Shown here in pieces: positions 12,801 to 27,800 of a stretch of 64,000 nucleotides of DNA. Every line of letters starts with the position of its first letter. Position 1 is the first letter of the stretch. The translations under genes were made by a program, and so were the position numbers. Source of the stretch: Rhina ancylostomus (Eukaryota); the NCBI GenBank assembly GCA_030265395.1, contig JARFYF010000029.1, positions 19,364,596 through 19,428,595 of the forward strand, given 5' to 3'. The notes below the pieces were generated by a model that had not been told where the DNA came from, made no database searches, and saw only the letters and a program-made list of their open reading frames with translations.

Positions 12801-15800
12801 AAGATGCAATAAATAGGTAAGCCACAATAAATTCAAAATTCAGATTTTTGTAATCTGGGAACAAGCTTAAAAGTTTTAATGAAGATCCAACATGTCACAG
12901 TCAATAGAATACAGTTATCTTAAGATGCTGCCACTACTGTTGTTGTCAGACTGGGCCGTTATCCTGCAAAATTAGAGAGGGGATGCTGCAGATAGTTCTC
13001 TGGATATGGAGCTGATCCCCTCTGACTGAGAGCAATCACTAATGTCGGAGAGGACTGTTTGCTGTTTTTTTCCTCTTCAACTCTCTTCACTTAAATGCGT
13101 CATAGAAATGGGCAAGATTCCCAGTCAAAGGCCAAATTGTGTTTCTAGCAGAGTTAAATGCAGTGTTTATGTGACAGTGCCTCAGGATATGGTGGACAGC
13201 AAAAATATTGGAACAGCTGCTTTCCATTAGATTCTGGAACATCAGAATTTGAAAAGAGTGAACTCAATTTGGCAGTGCTAGACTCTCCTCCATCTCCGAG
13301 CCATCAGCCTGCCTCACACAGGAACTTAAACCTATGAGGTATATAACATAAATCAACTCTGCTTAAAGTAGTAGTAGTTCCTCCCTCACGATCTCTAGGT
13401 AATGTCTGGGAGGGAGCAGGGATCCATTGAAATTTGAAGTTGTATTGATTCACGATTACCATGTTTCTGCTGGCTATGTAAGAGGTGGCAGATAATCACC
13501 AATAATGTAGTGATGATGTGATAGCCACTCCTCCATTATGATCATCATCTCTTCTGGTCTTCATACTTATACATTTTTCAAGTTACTTTCCTGCTTTGCA
13601 GTCTTTGCAATGGTATACTTCCCAGCTTCATACTTCTGTTGTGACATCCATTTCCTCTGCTTCAGGTGGGCTGCCCTTATCAGGTGCCACATCCCACAAT
13701 CTGGTTGAGAGCAGCCTGGGTAATGCCCCGTTTCCAGCTGCTCACCTCTGGAAACTGCACTGAGAAAGACTAAGAATCACAGAGAGCACCATGCAGACTC
13801 AGGCAAAGTTTATTTGCATTCATCCTGTGTAAAGCAGAAAATGCTTACGTACTCACGTTCTGCCCTCATCTGACGCAGCTCCAGAAGTTACCTCTATGCT
13901 GGGTAGCAAGCAGCTCCCTACAACTTCAGGAATGGACCAGATTCCAAGTACTAACAAGCCACCCAATAAACCCATACACACAAGTAAATATCAGTACAAC
14001 CATCAGCAAGGACTGCACTGCCTGAGAGTGGGGTCAGGGTAAAGGAATCAAAGGGAGGTGAAGGGAGAGGGACGGTGAGCAAAGAGAGAAATTCAAAACC
14101 ATGAAGGTGTATAGAGTAGATGAAGTGAAAATGTTTCAATTGTGGAAAATCCAAAATAACAAGTGACAAAAATGAAGGGTCATTGTTCTATCCAAGAAGG
14201 AATTCAAGGACAACATTAGTAAGTAGCTTGAGTAAGGAGTATGTTACCACATGAAGTGGTCGAGCTGAACTGGGAGGCTTGTTATGTACCTGAGGGAGAA
14301 ATAAATAAAAAGGACATGTCAATAGGGTAAGATGAAGTAAAGTGGGAGAAGGACTGTGCAGAGCCGTTGTGGGCTGATTGGTCTGGTTCTCTTCTGTCTG
14401 AGTCCGTATTTCTGTCACTCGTTTTACTGTGAGACTGAAGTTCTATTTCCAAGCTTCGTTCCATTCCCTACATGTTTTGCATTCCACTTTCAAACATTTC
14501 ACTTCTAGAAATGCAGAAAATCATTTCTGCAGATGTTCCAGGAAGAAAAACAGCAGCACGTTTTCACATTTGAAAGGAAGCCTTCCAATCACCCCAGGTT
14601 TAAAGGCGTCACTCTGGTTGCTTCAAGCCAGTTCTTCACAGCCTGTTCTTGAGTCAGGATTAAGAGAAAGGGTTGCCAATCTTTTGGCGAGTGTAGTCAC
14701 CGATTATTGAGTATTAGGATAAAAGGCATAAAAATTTGATGTCTGCACCTTACTCAAGTGGGAGTCAGCAACAGAATCCTGTGCTGCAGATAAATGTACA
14801 ATGCATCTAATTAAAGCAAACTGCAATGAGCCTTTGGGAAATGAACATGTGTATATTAACATGATAATTCAATTGGAACCAATTTGATTTGAGAATGTAA
14901 TTAGTGTACATTAGGAACAGCTTACAACTTTAAATTTTGAAGCGGTGTTCCAAATCTGAAGAACACAAACCTTGCTGCCTCTATACTGGATTTCATGTGA
15001 TTTAATTGGGGCCTAATTTTTTTCATCATTCTTTAATCCATACCTCTAAAATTTGATTTGCGAAGGAGAGCTCAGGAAGAGGGAGGCTTCATTTTCAATG
15101 GACAATCAACTGATGTGAAGCAGTAGATAGAGAAAAATAATTAGCAGTTGCAAGCCCCTGTTGTCTGGGGAAAATGGAGCAGTTTCTCTCAGTATAATAC
15201 ACATTCCTGCTTAGTAATTGTTTCTTAAAAGCACTGATGATGCCGAACAGCCCTCATATCTGTGTCTGTTCCATTACCATCATTCGTGTTCATTTTGCCC
15301 TTCCTCTGCTTGGCTGGCCACATGACTTTAACTTGTTGATTTTTTTTTCACTCCTTAAGGCTTAAAATTTTAAAAGGCAAACAATATTTGTACAGCTTTA
15401 CAAATGTTGGGCTACATTCCATAAGCAGAGACTGTCTGATGATTGATTTCCTTTATTGTGCCCTAGAAGGCATCTTGTACAGAAGATTTTCAATGTCAGT
15501 TTCAGATCTCTCAGACTGCAGCCAGATTTTAATAGCATCACCCCTTATAGAGTAAAATGAAACCCATTTGAAANNNNNNNNNNNNNNNNNNNNNNNNNNN
15601 NNNNNNNNNNNNNNNNNNCATAGTGATGAAAAAAAAACAGATATAACAGCATTCCTTCCAGACTCTCTAAGAACTAACTTGAGCCTGGTATGTGTGACAC
15701 ATCAGTGATTATCGCACAAAGTGATACAACTAACCAACAGACTTTAAAAGGATCTATAACTTAACAGCAGTTTACAATTCATTCTTTTTAATTGGATTTT

Positions 15801-18800
15801 TATTCTTATTTGCATTTTCTTCACCATCTAAAATAATAAGGTAAATTTCTTTTAGTTACTACCAGTGGCCTGGAGTTATTTGCTTCCAAAAAAAAGACGG
15901 GTAAATACTCTATTTTGGAACACATCCCAATCTTCATGACAATTCTAGAAAATGATACTTTGGTAACAAAACAAATATAAAAAGAACATTAAACTGGGGG
16001 AGTGAGCCCAATCAATAAAGCTGAATGGACCAACTATTCCAAAATCTGTCTGCAAATTAAGATAAAATCATTTGCTGGGAGAAGAGATAAAATAGCAACA
16101 AGACATTTGCTCACAATTTCTTTTCAAGCCCTCCAAATGAAAATGAACCGATCTTGTTTAATTCTTCTAAATGCGTACAAAAGTTGAACCATTTACAGGG
16201 AATACATGAGTTTTAAATCTCATTATTTCCCATTCTTGAGTTAGGAGGTTGCGTGGTTATGGTTTCTATCAATTAGTTAAACTTAAACATAGGAGCCATG
16301 ATTAAGACGTTTGCCCAAAAAACAAACATGCTGTATGATGGGTAGTGGGAATACAGCTGTTAACTGCGGGAATAGATAGATAACAAGATCAAGGCGGCAT
16401 ACAGGTTACTTGACTGGATGAAGCATAGCATACAAAAGCAGGGTGGTCATACTAGAACTGAATGAAATACTAGCTGGGCCACAGCTACAGTACTGTGTAA
16501 AGTCTAGGTCACCACAGTGCAGGAAGCAGGAGATGCAAGACGACATTGTCAGGGCTGTGTAAAAATAAGAGAAGACTGAGTGGAGATCAAATTGAGCTTT
16601 ATAAAATGATGAGAGACAGGACAAGGTGAACAGTAAAGATTATTTATGTTGATAGAGAGGCCAACTCATACTAGAGGAACCAATTGCCTCATCCAAATGA
16701 TCCCTGGGTTGAGGGGGTTGGCCCTGACAAGAGGTTAATCAGACTGGGCTTATACACAGTTGAGTTGAGTTTAGAAGAATGAGAACAATTTCACTGGAAT
16801 ATACANNNNNNNNNNNNNNNNNNNNNNNNNNNNNNNCTTTGCAGCACAGATGCAGGGATAATGTTTCCCCTGGTTGGGATATCTGGAACCTGGGGTCACA
16901 GTGTCGGCTGTTTGGATGAGATAAGAAGTTACTTCTTCACCCAGGGGGTAACAAGTCATAGGAACTCTCTGCCCAAGAGCAATGTGGACACACACGAAGT
17001 ATATCAAGGACAAAGACCGATGCATTTTAGTTGTAAAGGGTTAGTAAAGGTTAGTAAAGAGTAGTAAAAGGTAAATAGCATATTAGTAAAAGATCCAGTT
17101 ATAAACTTATTGACTCAAAAAGGCAGCCAGAGTGGTCATATGGCCCACTTCTGCTCTGACTACATATGTTCTTGACAGGTATTAGAGATGCCTCAGTTTG
17201 CAGGAATCAGCTGAAGCATGTTGATGGTGGGATTTATATTACAATTTGGAGGATTTGCAACATGATACTTTGAGGGACAGAGAAATTACAGGTTAGAAAG
17301 AACACTCTGAGCAACTGAAACACAAACGTTGCAGCTTTGGATCAGCCCTGATCTTACCAAATGACTGAGCAGCATTGAGGGCAGGAGTGTGGTGTCACGT
17401 GGTTTCTTCTAGCTTCTAGTTCTTATGTTCTGAATTAGCAAGGATAAGTTTAAAGTATTTGGTTAAAGTTTTATTACCCAGAGTGTATTGTGGGTCTGGA
17501 CATCAGTGAATTTCAAAAAGTGAATGGATGAGAATTTGATGAGCTGTAACCTACAAATGTAATGACTGAGAGCTGACATGCAAGTTTAGACTGATTGCTT
17601 AGAATGGTTAGTTCATTCTCTCCAGGAACTGCAGACAATGGGGATTGGATGGTCTGATCCTCTGCCAATAGTCCCCATATTCTCCAATGCATTATAAAAG
17701 GACTAATTATTGCAAACCACGGTGTATGATGGCTGGAAATATTATTTAGATCTGCACAGGGTACGAGCACTCATTTGTTCCTTTGATTACTAACAGATGC
17801 ACAAGGGCTTCTGTTGAAGACTATTTAGCACTGACTGATGGATATCCCAAAGGTTCAAACAAGTGGAAAGAGGGTGCCACTACTCCACATCAGCAAGTAT
17901 TTAAAAAATACCAGATGAAAGGGAGAAGGGACGGTTACAATTTTAAAGAATGAAATTCACTAAATGAAATTTGCCTTGAATTGATACAAATAACCAGATC
18001 TTGACTGATGCTCTGGAATGACANNNNNNNNNNNNNNNNNNNNNNNNNNNNNNNNNNNNNNNNNNNNNNNNNNNNNNNNNNNNNNNNNNNNNNNNNNNNN
18101 NNNNNNNNNNNNNNNNNNNNNNNNNNNNNNNNNNNNNNNNNNNNNNNNNNNNNNNNNNNNNNNNNNNNNNNNNNNNNNNNNNNNNNNNNNNNNNNNNNNN
18201 NNNNNNNNNNNNNNNNNNNNNNNNNNNNNNNNNNNNNNNNNNNNNNNNNNNNNNNNNNCTTAGATCCAAAGTTACCTCAGTGTCAGAAAGCAAAGGCTAG
18301 TGGTTAGGGTGTCTTTTTACAACTGAAAGGCCATTTTCATTTGGGTTTCACAGGGTTCAGTACTTGGTCCCTTGCTTTTGTTTTTAATATTTGCCTGTGA
18401 TTTAGACCTAAACACAGGGAGCCTGATCAAAGCTTAGAGATTGGCCAAATGTCAGATAGAGAGGAAAGTTTCAAACCTTTTCCTTCACTAGATGCATCAA
18501 AAGAAGCAGCAAATAACAAAACACCAAACCTCATTGCTTCAAGTCCTTGGACCATTTCATTACACTCACTGTTCTTCAAATAGCCACCCAGGAACATACA
18601 GGCAACCCCTATATAATGGCAGCTAAGGTAATGGAAATTCACCCTTTATGGAATTCACAAATCACTACCAAATAATCTGGAGTACAAAATAAAAATTTGT
18701 GTGAAAAACTAAACACTAAATTTATTTTCCACTTGCATTTCTGTAACACATGCCCCGATAATGCAGCGTGAAGGAAAATCGTGATACCGACTGTTTTCTA

Positions 18801-21800
18801 AGAACACAAGTTGACCCCAAACAACAGGGGTCGCATGTGTAGTCAGGAATCAGAATCAAGTACATAGGGTGACGCAGTAACTACTGGTGGATCATGAGAA
18901 GTTGTCCTTCAGCTGAAGAATCTGGAGACCCTTCACTTATGAATCTAACTTTTACCTTAAGAGTATATCTGCAATACGAAGCATTAGGACAGGCAACTGC
19001 GCAACATATTCTGGGTCAATTGAAGTTGCCCCATGGATCACATTGTAAAAGTGCAGTCCACACAAGTGGCTACAGCAGCTTCAGGGACCTTGAACCTTTG
19101 ACAAGGACCAACAAGCTTGTACTGATTTCCACGTGTAATCAGACTATTGCTGCAGAATCATTGTGTACGCAGTAGGAGAATCCCATTTGTGATTGGGGTT
19201 GGATATTGAAAAAATGTTTCTTAAGGTTTCACTGATCTATTGCATTAATTTTCACCATGTTAAAATTCTTCAGTACACTAATACACTAAAAGCTTCTCAG
19301 AGGTTTTCTCCAAATCTTACAACTACATTATCCAAAATGTCACGACATGTATAAGTATTCTGTATATATTAGACATACACTCCTTACACATTAGGTAGTA
19401 TATATTCCTAATGTTCTGTTACTAATCAGCAGAAGGTGCAATTTGACGCATTTAAGTATATTTCTCAAGGTTAGGGGATGATGGCTGTTCACTGATTATA
19501 GAATCTCATAAATGGCTTTTGTAAACAGTAACAATGAGTACTATTCACCTGAGTTTATCTGCCGTGAAAATCACCCTCCTCTCCAGTAGAAGGGAAGCAA
19601 AGACTTTAATCAGCTGGCGGATGCTCAGTGAAGAAAAAAGACACTCGAAGTCCACATGTTCTAATCGGGAGTCCAGGGGCCTACAGAGCTGGATCACCTG
19701 AAGAAGAGAGGCACCAGTCAAGTCAGTATATCAGTCAACTAGGGTGTCACCCTCACTCGCCTCCTGCTCTATACTGGCTGGTTTAGATTGTGGAACTGCC
19801 AGGAATAACCCTCCTCTGAACCTCCATTCAGAAATCTGACATGTTTTTCTACAGAGGATATTGACTTCAATATTATAGCTACATAATTTCAACAGATTTC
19901 GAAAGTGGCTCTTGTGCCTTGAAAAAAATGCATTTTAAAATATAATAAAAATTAAGAATTCCTTGCCAATAACTGTCATCCGAAAACTAGTATTAACATA
20001 CTACTTGTTATTTCAATGCATATTTCTCTCTATATAGAGCATGTTACCGTGAGATTAATTCAAACATGATTTCTGAGCAGGAGTAGTACCTCCTGTGTTG
20101 CATTTAAATATTATCTCAAAGTTACTCAGAAATTTAGAAAGTTCCATGGTTTTGTGCCATAATGATGCCTTGGAGAATGAATGTTTATAATCCTCTTAAA
20201 GATGGGTGAACTTGCTATAAGAGGAGCAATAGAGATGTAGAAGTTGCATTTAAAATGAGAGAAGTTGTCACACATCACACTATTAGATGAACAATGTCAA
20301 CAGATTAATAAAAACTAGTTACGCAGATGTTGGAGTCCTGTTAGTGGAACATTCTAGCCTGTAGACAACTTGCAAAACCAAAGCCATTACAGACTTCCAG
20401 GTTACCCAAGAAATAATTATTCTGGAATCTGACATGCTGAGAACTGTATTCTAAAACATTTCTCTTTGTTTTCTTTGAAAACTTTAAATGGATTTCAAAC
20501 TGGAAAAAAAAAAGAAATTTTCTGTTGCATCCAAAGGGTGGGCTGTAAATGACAAACTTCTCTTCTATGTGATCCTGCACATAATGCTTATATTCCTCAT
20601 CTCAATGTAACATTTGAAGAAAACCTGGAAGGGAATGTCAGAATGTTAGGTGCATCACATGAGAAAGCCATTCTGTCTAGTTTACCTCTAGGCCAACATC
20701 CACTTTCCCCACTGCAACCCCTCAAAACACATACAGTATGTGTTCTTGGGTAACATAAGAAAACACAAAGAAAAAAAAAATTAGGAAGCTGGAGAAGACC
20801 TGAGGTTTTCCCTCACCTCATTCCCTGATCCTGGAAGGAAGTTTCTGACAGTGATGGTTCGCCCTGGAGCAGGGAAAGGTGCTTCCATGATGCTTCTCAT
20901 GAACGGCTGAACAAGAGCGGGGGATATCACTCGTCGCTTCTCTACCTCATCCAAGATCTGCCAAGTGCCATCAAAGATCAGAAATGGGTCAGTCTGATAA
21001 CTCATGGCTGGGCTAAACAAACATAGACATTAAAAAAAGGTACCGGCATAAAAGCTGTAGCATTATCAAATAAACCAGGCCTGTACTACCCAATACATTT
21101 ATAGCTTTGAAATCCATGGTCTCACAAGTATTGACATTTAATATTGCTGCCCTGGTATTTTGTTTCTGTGTAAATATTATGACACAAATACATTCTATTT
21201 GGCAGAAAGCAGTGAACCATCAGGTAGTGGCAGATTGGGTTTAATGTTATAATTGAATTGGATATTCAATGGACATTGGCGAGACGGTATGTGTAGAGTT
21301 GCAGTGGATAGTTAAAATGAAACACAATGGTCACTTGGATTGGGCTTGAATGAATTCAAATGTGAGCATTGTTATCCCAGGTCACTTCATATTCAGATAA
21401 ACAGGAAATACACATCAAAGGCAAATAGAAAAGACTTATGGATAACATTAAAACACATTGACCTTTTATATCATGAAGTAGACGTTCAAAAGGTATAACT
21501 CACTGTATCCATTCCACCACGAAAGACGCTCAAGGGTTTAGCCAAGCAAATAGGATACAAGCCATCCAATAAACGTTTGGATTGCTGCTAAGATATGTGC
21601 TTTAACATTTTCAGTCCTTTTAACAACTGTGAAAGAGGCGAGATGTTGAGATAAGTTGGGGGCGGGGGTGGGGGCAGAGGTGGTGAGAGGTAGAATACCT
21701 AGGCACCAACTCCAACAATATAGAGAGAAGATGGACAAATAATGATTCAGCTTCTCAGTCTAAGGGAATTCCAGTGAGCCAGTTCTTAACTAACATTGAC

Positions 21801-24800
21801 TAGCACCTGTACCTTGGAGAAGAGGTTGAAACAGCCCAACCGGCTGACAATACAGTAAACCTCCGGCAGACGTTTCCCCTTCCCAGTGGGCTAAAAGGGG
21901 GAAAAAGATAAAACAGTTAAGATGTTGCCACTCGATTTATAACCATTTTAATCTTCGATAAGATTTTCAATGGGGATCCTACCAACAGGCGCCGGCAATA
22001 TCCAAATCGTCTGCTCCCATCTTCTCCAGTCAGGACAAAAGAAAAGGTTTCACTGTTACGGTGGAAAAAAAAGGTAGGTCTGTTAAAGCATTCCAAGCTG
22101 TTGCACATCTGAAGTAAAGAGGGGTGAGGAGCTATGCAACAAGGTACTGCAACTGGAATATTGGTGAACACCAACATGGGTGGCATTCAGATTCATCAAG
22201 ACAAAATCATCTACACAGTCAGACATAGGTACAGCCTGTGGTTTTCAATGCCATATGCATTATTCAAGGCTTCACTTCCTTCAGGTAAAGAAATAGAGTA
22301 AAATGCTTCATATGACATACTGCCTTGCCTCATGGCTCTCAATATAAAACATCTTCATTGAAGTATCCCTTTTTTTAAAAATTAATTTTGAGTATTTGGG
22401 TGTCACTAGTAAGGTCAGCGTTTACTGCCCTTCCCCAGATGTCGAGTGGGCAGTGCTAGACCGCCTTCTTGAACTACTGAAGTCCTTCTGGTGAAGGTGG
22501 TCCCACTGTCGGCAGTGGGGAGTTCCATGATTTAGAAAGGCAGGTATATTTTTTTTAAATCAGAATGGTGCACGACTTGGGAAAAAAACCTGCTGTCTCT
22601 GCCTTTCTTGGGTAAAGATTGTGGGTTTTGGGATGTTTTTAAGAGTAGCTCAGACAAGTAACTGCAGCAGATTTTGTAGATGGTATGCACTGCAGCCAGT
22701 GTGGTGAAGGAAATGAAAGGTTAGGCTGGTTAATGGCATGCCAGGCAAGTGGGCTGCTTTGTCCTGGATGGTGTCGAGCTTCTTGAGAACTGTTGGAGCT
22801 CTCCAGACAAATGGAGAGTATTCCATCACAACCCAAATGTACTTTGGAGATGGAGGGAAGGCTCTGGGGAGTCAGAAGATTTGCCACTCGCTGCAATATA
22901 TACAGCCTCTGACCTGCTCTTGTGACCACAGTACTTATCTAGCGAGTCCAGATGTTTCTGGTCAATGGAGGCCTCTGAGTTGTTGATAATGGAGGTTTGT
23001 CAGAGGTAAAGTCATTGATTGTCAAGACATATTTACTACACCCTACACCATAAAAATGCACCTATCCTAGTGGTCCATCTTTTGCTAAGTTTTAACACTC
23101 TCCACAGATGAAAGTGAAGTGGTTTAATATTTCTGCTTAAAATGCCAACAGTGTGGGATTTCGCAACTTCTGCAAAGTGGACTGCCAGAGTGCAGAGGAC
23201 TGAACAGTGGCAATCAAGTCCAGCAGTGAAGTGCAGTTTTCCAGCAAATAAAACCATGTGACTATTGCAACACTAGGAGTGTACCTGCTGAATTTGTGCC
23301 AGGTTAGACCTGGTGCTGATTCAGTGATCCTTTCATTCTATAGAGGAAAAGCTATGAGGGAGACAGGGAAGTTAAAAGTAATTTATATTCTTAGATTTTA
23401 TTTAAGATATTTGGACGTCTTAAGATGTTTTAAATGTCTTCAAGGGTTTTAATGTTTAACAAATTCGAAGTTTTAACAGCATGCTTGATTTTTCATAGTC
23501 TTTAGATGTCTGTAAATTTCAAATATATTTATTAGAATTCAAGCTCTTTAATAGCTTTGATAGTTTGTTTAGCCTGCAGGCCATTGAACAAGTCCTGCAC
23601 AGCTCAGTGCCTTGCCAGTCAGAGTAGAGACGGCTTCTTTGAAGATGTCTGCATTGCGTTCAACCTGCAGATTAGGTTCGGTTTATCAGTGAGGTGACAG
23701 GCAACCATTGGCAGTGACTGGCTCTGCAGAAATGCTGGGTCAATTCTAGGTTTGCTGTTGAACAGCATGGGTATTTTAATGGTCACCCAGGGCCATATGT
23801 CAATAAAGAAAAAGTGAAGGAGAATACATGTCAGCTTTGATTCATTGGTTACATTCGTACAGGCCTTCCCCGGTTAACAAATGAGTTCTGTTTTTATAAA
23901 TGTCCTTGTCGACATTGTCCATAGGTCAGAAAATACATTTTTTTTTAAAAATCACTTGATTACTTGAGGTAACCATACCTCAAAAACCCAAAAACACATA
24001 GGACTGATAAGAAAGAACAATTACTAGAAAGGGGATTTCTGAATTTAATAATATTATGAGAGCTTGTTCATATGTATGGGTGTCTATAAATCAGGCATTC
24101 AGAACCTGAGGACAGCCTGTGACTCTATGGCAGAAGATCATAAGTTCACACAGCCCTGTAGAACCAGAGCACATTAACCCAGCTGGCTCTTCAGTGCAGC
24201 AGTGAGGAGTGAGGAATTGTTGCAGTGTTGTTCAGATGAGATGTTAAACTGAGTCTCTATCAAGTCAATGTACAAGACAATAGGATGCTTTTTAAGATTT
24301 CCTACTCTCCTGGCCAAGAATTGCCACTCAACCAAAACAGCTGAAAGAGATTGTCTGGTAATTTATCCCTTTGCTTTTTATAAAACCACATAAATTGCTT
24401 GCAGTCTTTATTTATGGGACAACAGTTAATACACTCCAAATGTATATTATTGGTTTTGAAATACTTTGGTATGTCTGAAGATATGAATGGTACTGTAAGG
24501 ACATGTTTTAATCTTAGCAATGTACTGGTATGAACACAGAACTAATGTCTTCCATACAAACTTAGAGATTTCCTCAGTAACATTTAACCCATGTTATTTA
24601 ATGCTTGATTATGTCCATTTAATAACAGATATTGTTCAAGTGATTTATATAGGCCAAAGAAGAACAAGCAGATGAAAATTTGCAAAAATTAGAGCATTCA
24701 TTCATTTGTTGCAGATGGAATTCAACCTTTTCCAGCCATTCCCCCAAACATCCCAATTGAAAAGTTAAGAAGCATGATTCAACAAAACCTACAAAAATAT

Positions 24801-27800
24801 ATACCTGGGAAATTCAGAAACGGGAGTCCAGTCTCTGGCATCAGGGAAGCAGAATTGTGGAATGACTTTTAACTGATCTTCTGTTTCCCGCATAAACTTG
24901 AATGGTTTATCCAGCTGAACCACAGAGGTAAAAAAAAGCATTAGATGCCATGCTATACTCAGGTTCTCCACCCAATGCGTCATGATGCACATACACATAC
25001 TGTTTAATGCCACATTTCCAATACACGTGCTATACATAGGTACACGACACACAAAGTATTTTGGAAATTAAGGGACATGGACTTTGTGTAGTAAAGTGGT
25101 GCTGAGATTAAAGATCAGCAATGATCTTATTGAATGGCAGAACAAGGAAAGAGGGGCTGAATGGTCTACTCCTGGTTCTATTTCTTATACTGTAATATAT
25201 AGGAATTACTTTAGACATGAAAGGTGCACATTTGGCTTATGCTAAAGATATGTGGGAATAGTTACTGTCCTACAACATGGTATGTCACAGCATGTGCCTG
25301 CCTTCCACTTGGATGTACTTGGGATGATGATTTTGGAAGCCAATTTAGAGATGGCCAGCCCCAGGAAAATGTGGTGCTGGCAAAGCACACAGTATTTCTA
25401 ACAGTTAATGTATTTTTGTAGTGTCAGGTTGTTCCAGAACAGCTCCTAGACTGCAGTAAAATAAACAGAGCCATTCAGGAATGCAATCATTTGAACAGAC
25501 GAGGAAAGAAGGAAGCCTGTAATGAAAAAGCTGCCTGCTGCAGAAACGAGTGCTTTCACAGTTATGCTTTTTAAGAGAAATTGAGTGTTTGGGAACAAAT
25601 TACACTTCTTCAAGCATTTTCTCTTTTTTAATGTGTGGAGGTTTATCATCGATTACCCTCCCCTCATCTCCAATCATTGTATAAAATATTCATGAAACAC
25701 ATTTCGAAAGCCCAAGAGCTGTTCAATACCCCAGCACACTGGAAGAAACAGAAGACAGAGAAAGGGATTCACCTTTCTCTCAACTCGATCATCTTCTTAC
25801 CTTCAGAGGAAATTGTTGGGTGACCTCAGGAACATACACACTGCTTCCCTTCCTCACATGGAGAGCGACCACCACAAAGAACTCAAATAACTGCCATTCC
25901 TGGAACTCAATGAGATCTCTCTCCAAGGTTCGATAGCGACTCTTCTGTTTCAGCAAGGACTTAACCAACACAAGACGTTGACTGTGAGCTAAGAGTGGAG
26001 GGAGAGAAGGAATTAATTTGAAAATTTAGAAAAAACTGCAGATGCTGGAAATCTGAAATAAAAACAGAAAATGCTGGAAACATTCTGATGATAGATGTTG
26101 GACCTTGAAACATTAACTCTGTTCCTCTTTCCACAGATACTACCTGACCTGCTGTTGTTTCCGGGATTTCCTGTTTTATTATGGGGATTAGTTTCATTTA
26201 ATCCAATTGTGTTTCTGTCTTAATAATTGGAATAAAATGTCTATTATGTAACAGAATTTGGCAATGATCTTTGTGCCCTCACTGGCCACAGGAATAGTGC
26301 TAGATGATTGGAGGGTGCCAGATGTCGTTCCTTTGTTCAAGAAAGGGAGTAGGGATAACCCTGGGAATTGCAGGCCAATGAGTGGTGGGCAAGTTACTGG
26401 AGAAGATTCTTTGAGGCAGGAGTTATGGGCATTTGGNNNNNNNNNNNNNNNNNNNNNNNNNNNNNNNNNNNNNNNNNNNNNNNNNNNNNNNNNNNNNNNN
26501 NNNNNNNNNNNNNNNNNNNNNNNNNNNNNNNNNNNNAGCTTTAAAGAGGGTGCAGAGGAGATTTACCAGGATGTTGCCTGGATTGGAGAGCACATCTCTT
26601 GAGGATAGGTTGAGTGAGCTGGGGCTTTTCTTTTTGGAGAAAAGGAGGATGAGAGGTGACTTGATAAAGGCATACAAAATGATAAAAGGCATAGATCAAG
26701 TGGATAGTCAGAGACATCCCCCCCCAGGGTGAAAATGCCTAACACAAGGGGTCATAATTTTAAGGTGATTGGGAGAAGGTATAAGGGAGATGTCAGAGGT
26801 AAGGTTTTGCTTTTACACAGAGTGGTGGGTGCGTGGAACACACTGCCAGCAGAGGTTGTGGGGGCAGATACATAAGAGACACTTAAGGGACGCTTAGGTA
26901 GCCAATGAATGATAGAAAAATGGAGGGCTACGTGGGAGGGTATGGTTAGATAGATCTTAGAGAAGGATAAAATGTCAGCACAGCATCATGGACCGAAGAG
27001 CCTGTACTGTGCTATAATGTTCTATGTTCTCAAATTGAACTTTGCTATCTTATTTAACTTCAAAGTAGCAACTATCCACAGATGCAGATTCACTGTGAGA
27101 GGTGAAACAGTTTGATTTGCTCAGTTCACTTGCCTTGACAAGAACAGTGGTCTTATATCACCCATCATATCAGATGTCATACAAACATTAGAAATTAGGA
27201 GTAGGATCAGGCTGTTTGTCCACTCGAGCCTGCAATGGCATTCAGTAAGATCAGGATTGATCTGATTATAACCTTAAATCTCCATTCCCACCTACTCCCA
27301 GTCACCTTCCAGCCACTTACTGATCAAGAATCTATATCTGCCTTAAAAATATACGAAGACTCTGCTTCCACCACCTTCGGAGAAAGAGCGTTCCAAAGGT
27401 CTCCAGAGAGGAAAAAAAATCACCTCTGTCTTAAATAGGCAATCCCTTATTTTTAAATGAGATTGAATTTCTAAGAACAGATTTTCCTGTACCCGTATCC
27501 ATCTAATCTACAACTTAGCTTCAGGCCCAGGAGTATCAACCTGCTCAGAACAAGGACTATCAGGGTATCTTATGGCAAATCACCAACAGCACCCAGTGAT
27601 AATCCCAGAACTGGCAGAGTAGGATGTTTTTGATTGTTGGGATAGAGTAGCTTTCATTTGCTTCTGACTATAGCTACATCTCACTTAAAAGTTCTTGTCA
27701 CTGATATGGAATGCACAGTATCCAGTCCCAATAATGAAATCTTTGCACGTTAAGTACATAATTCACCAAAAACATAACTTAAAAATAACTGAACATAATA

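Noticed and set aside
18956-18968. 13-nt segment with AG/GT boundaries (TATTGCAG|ATATACTCTTAAG|GTAAAA)
   Set aside because: It would frameshift the DENN domain, and the flanking exons already join correctly; a poison exon cannot be supported from sequence alone.
21658-21690. G-rich tract with possible G-quadruplex (similar tracts near 28787 and 30842)
   Set aside because: Common intronic low-complexity sequence with no evidence of function.
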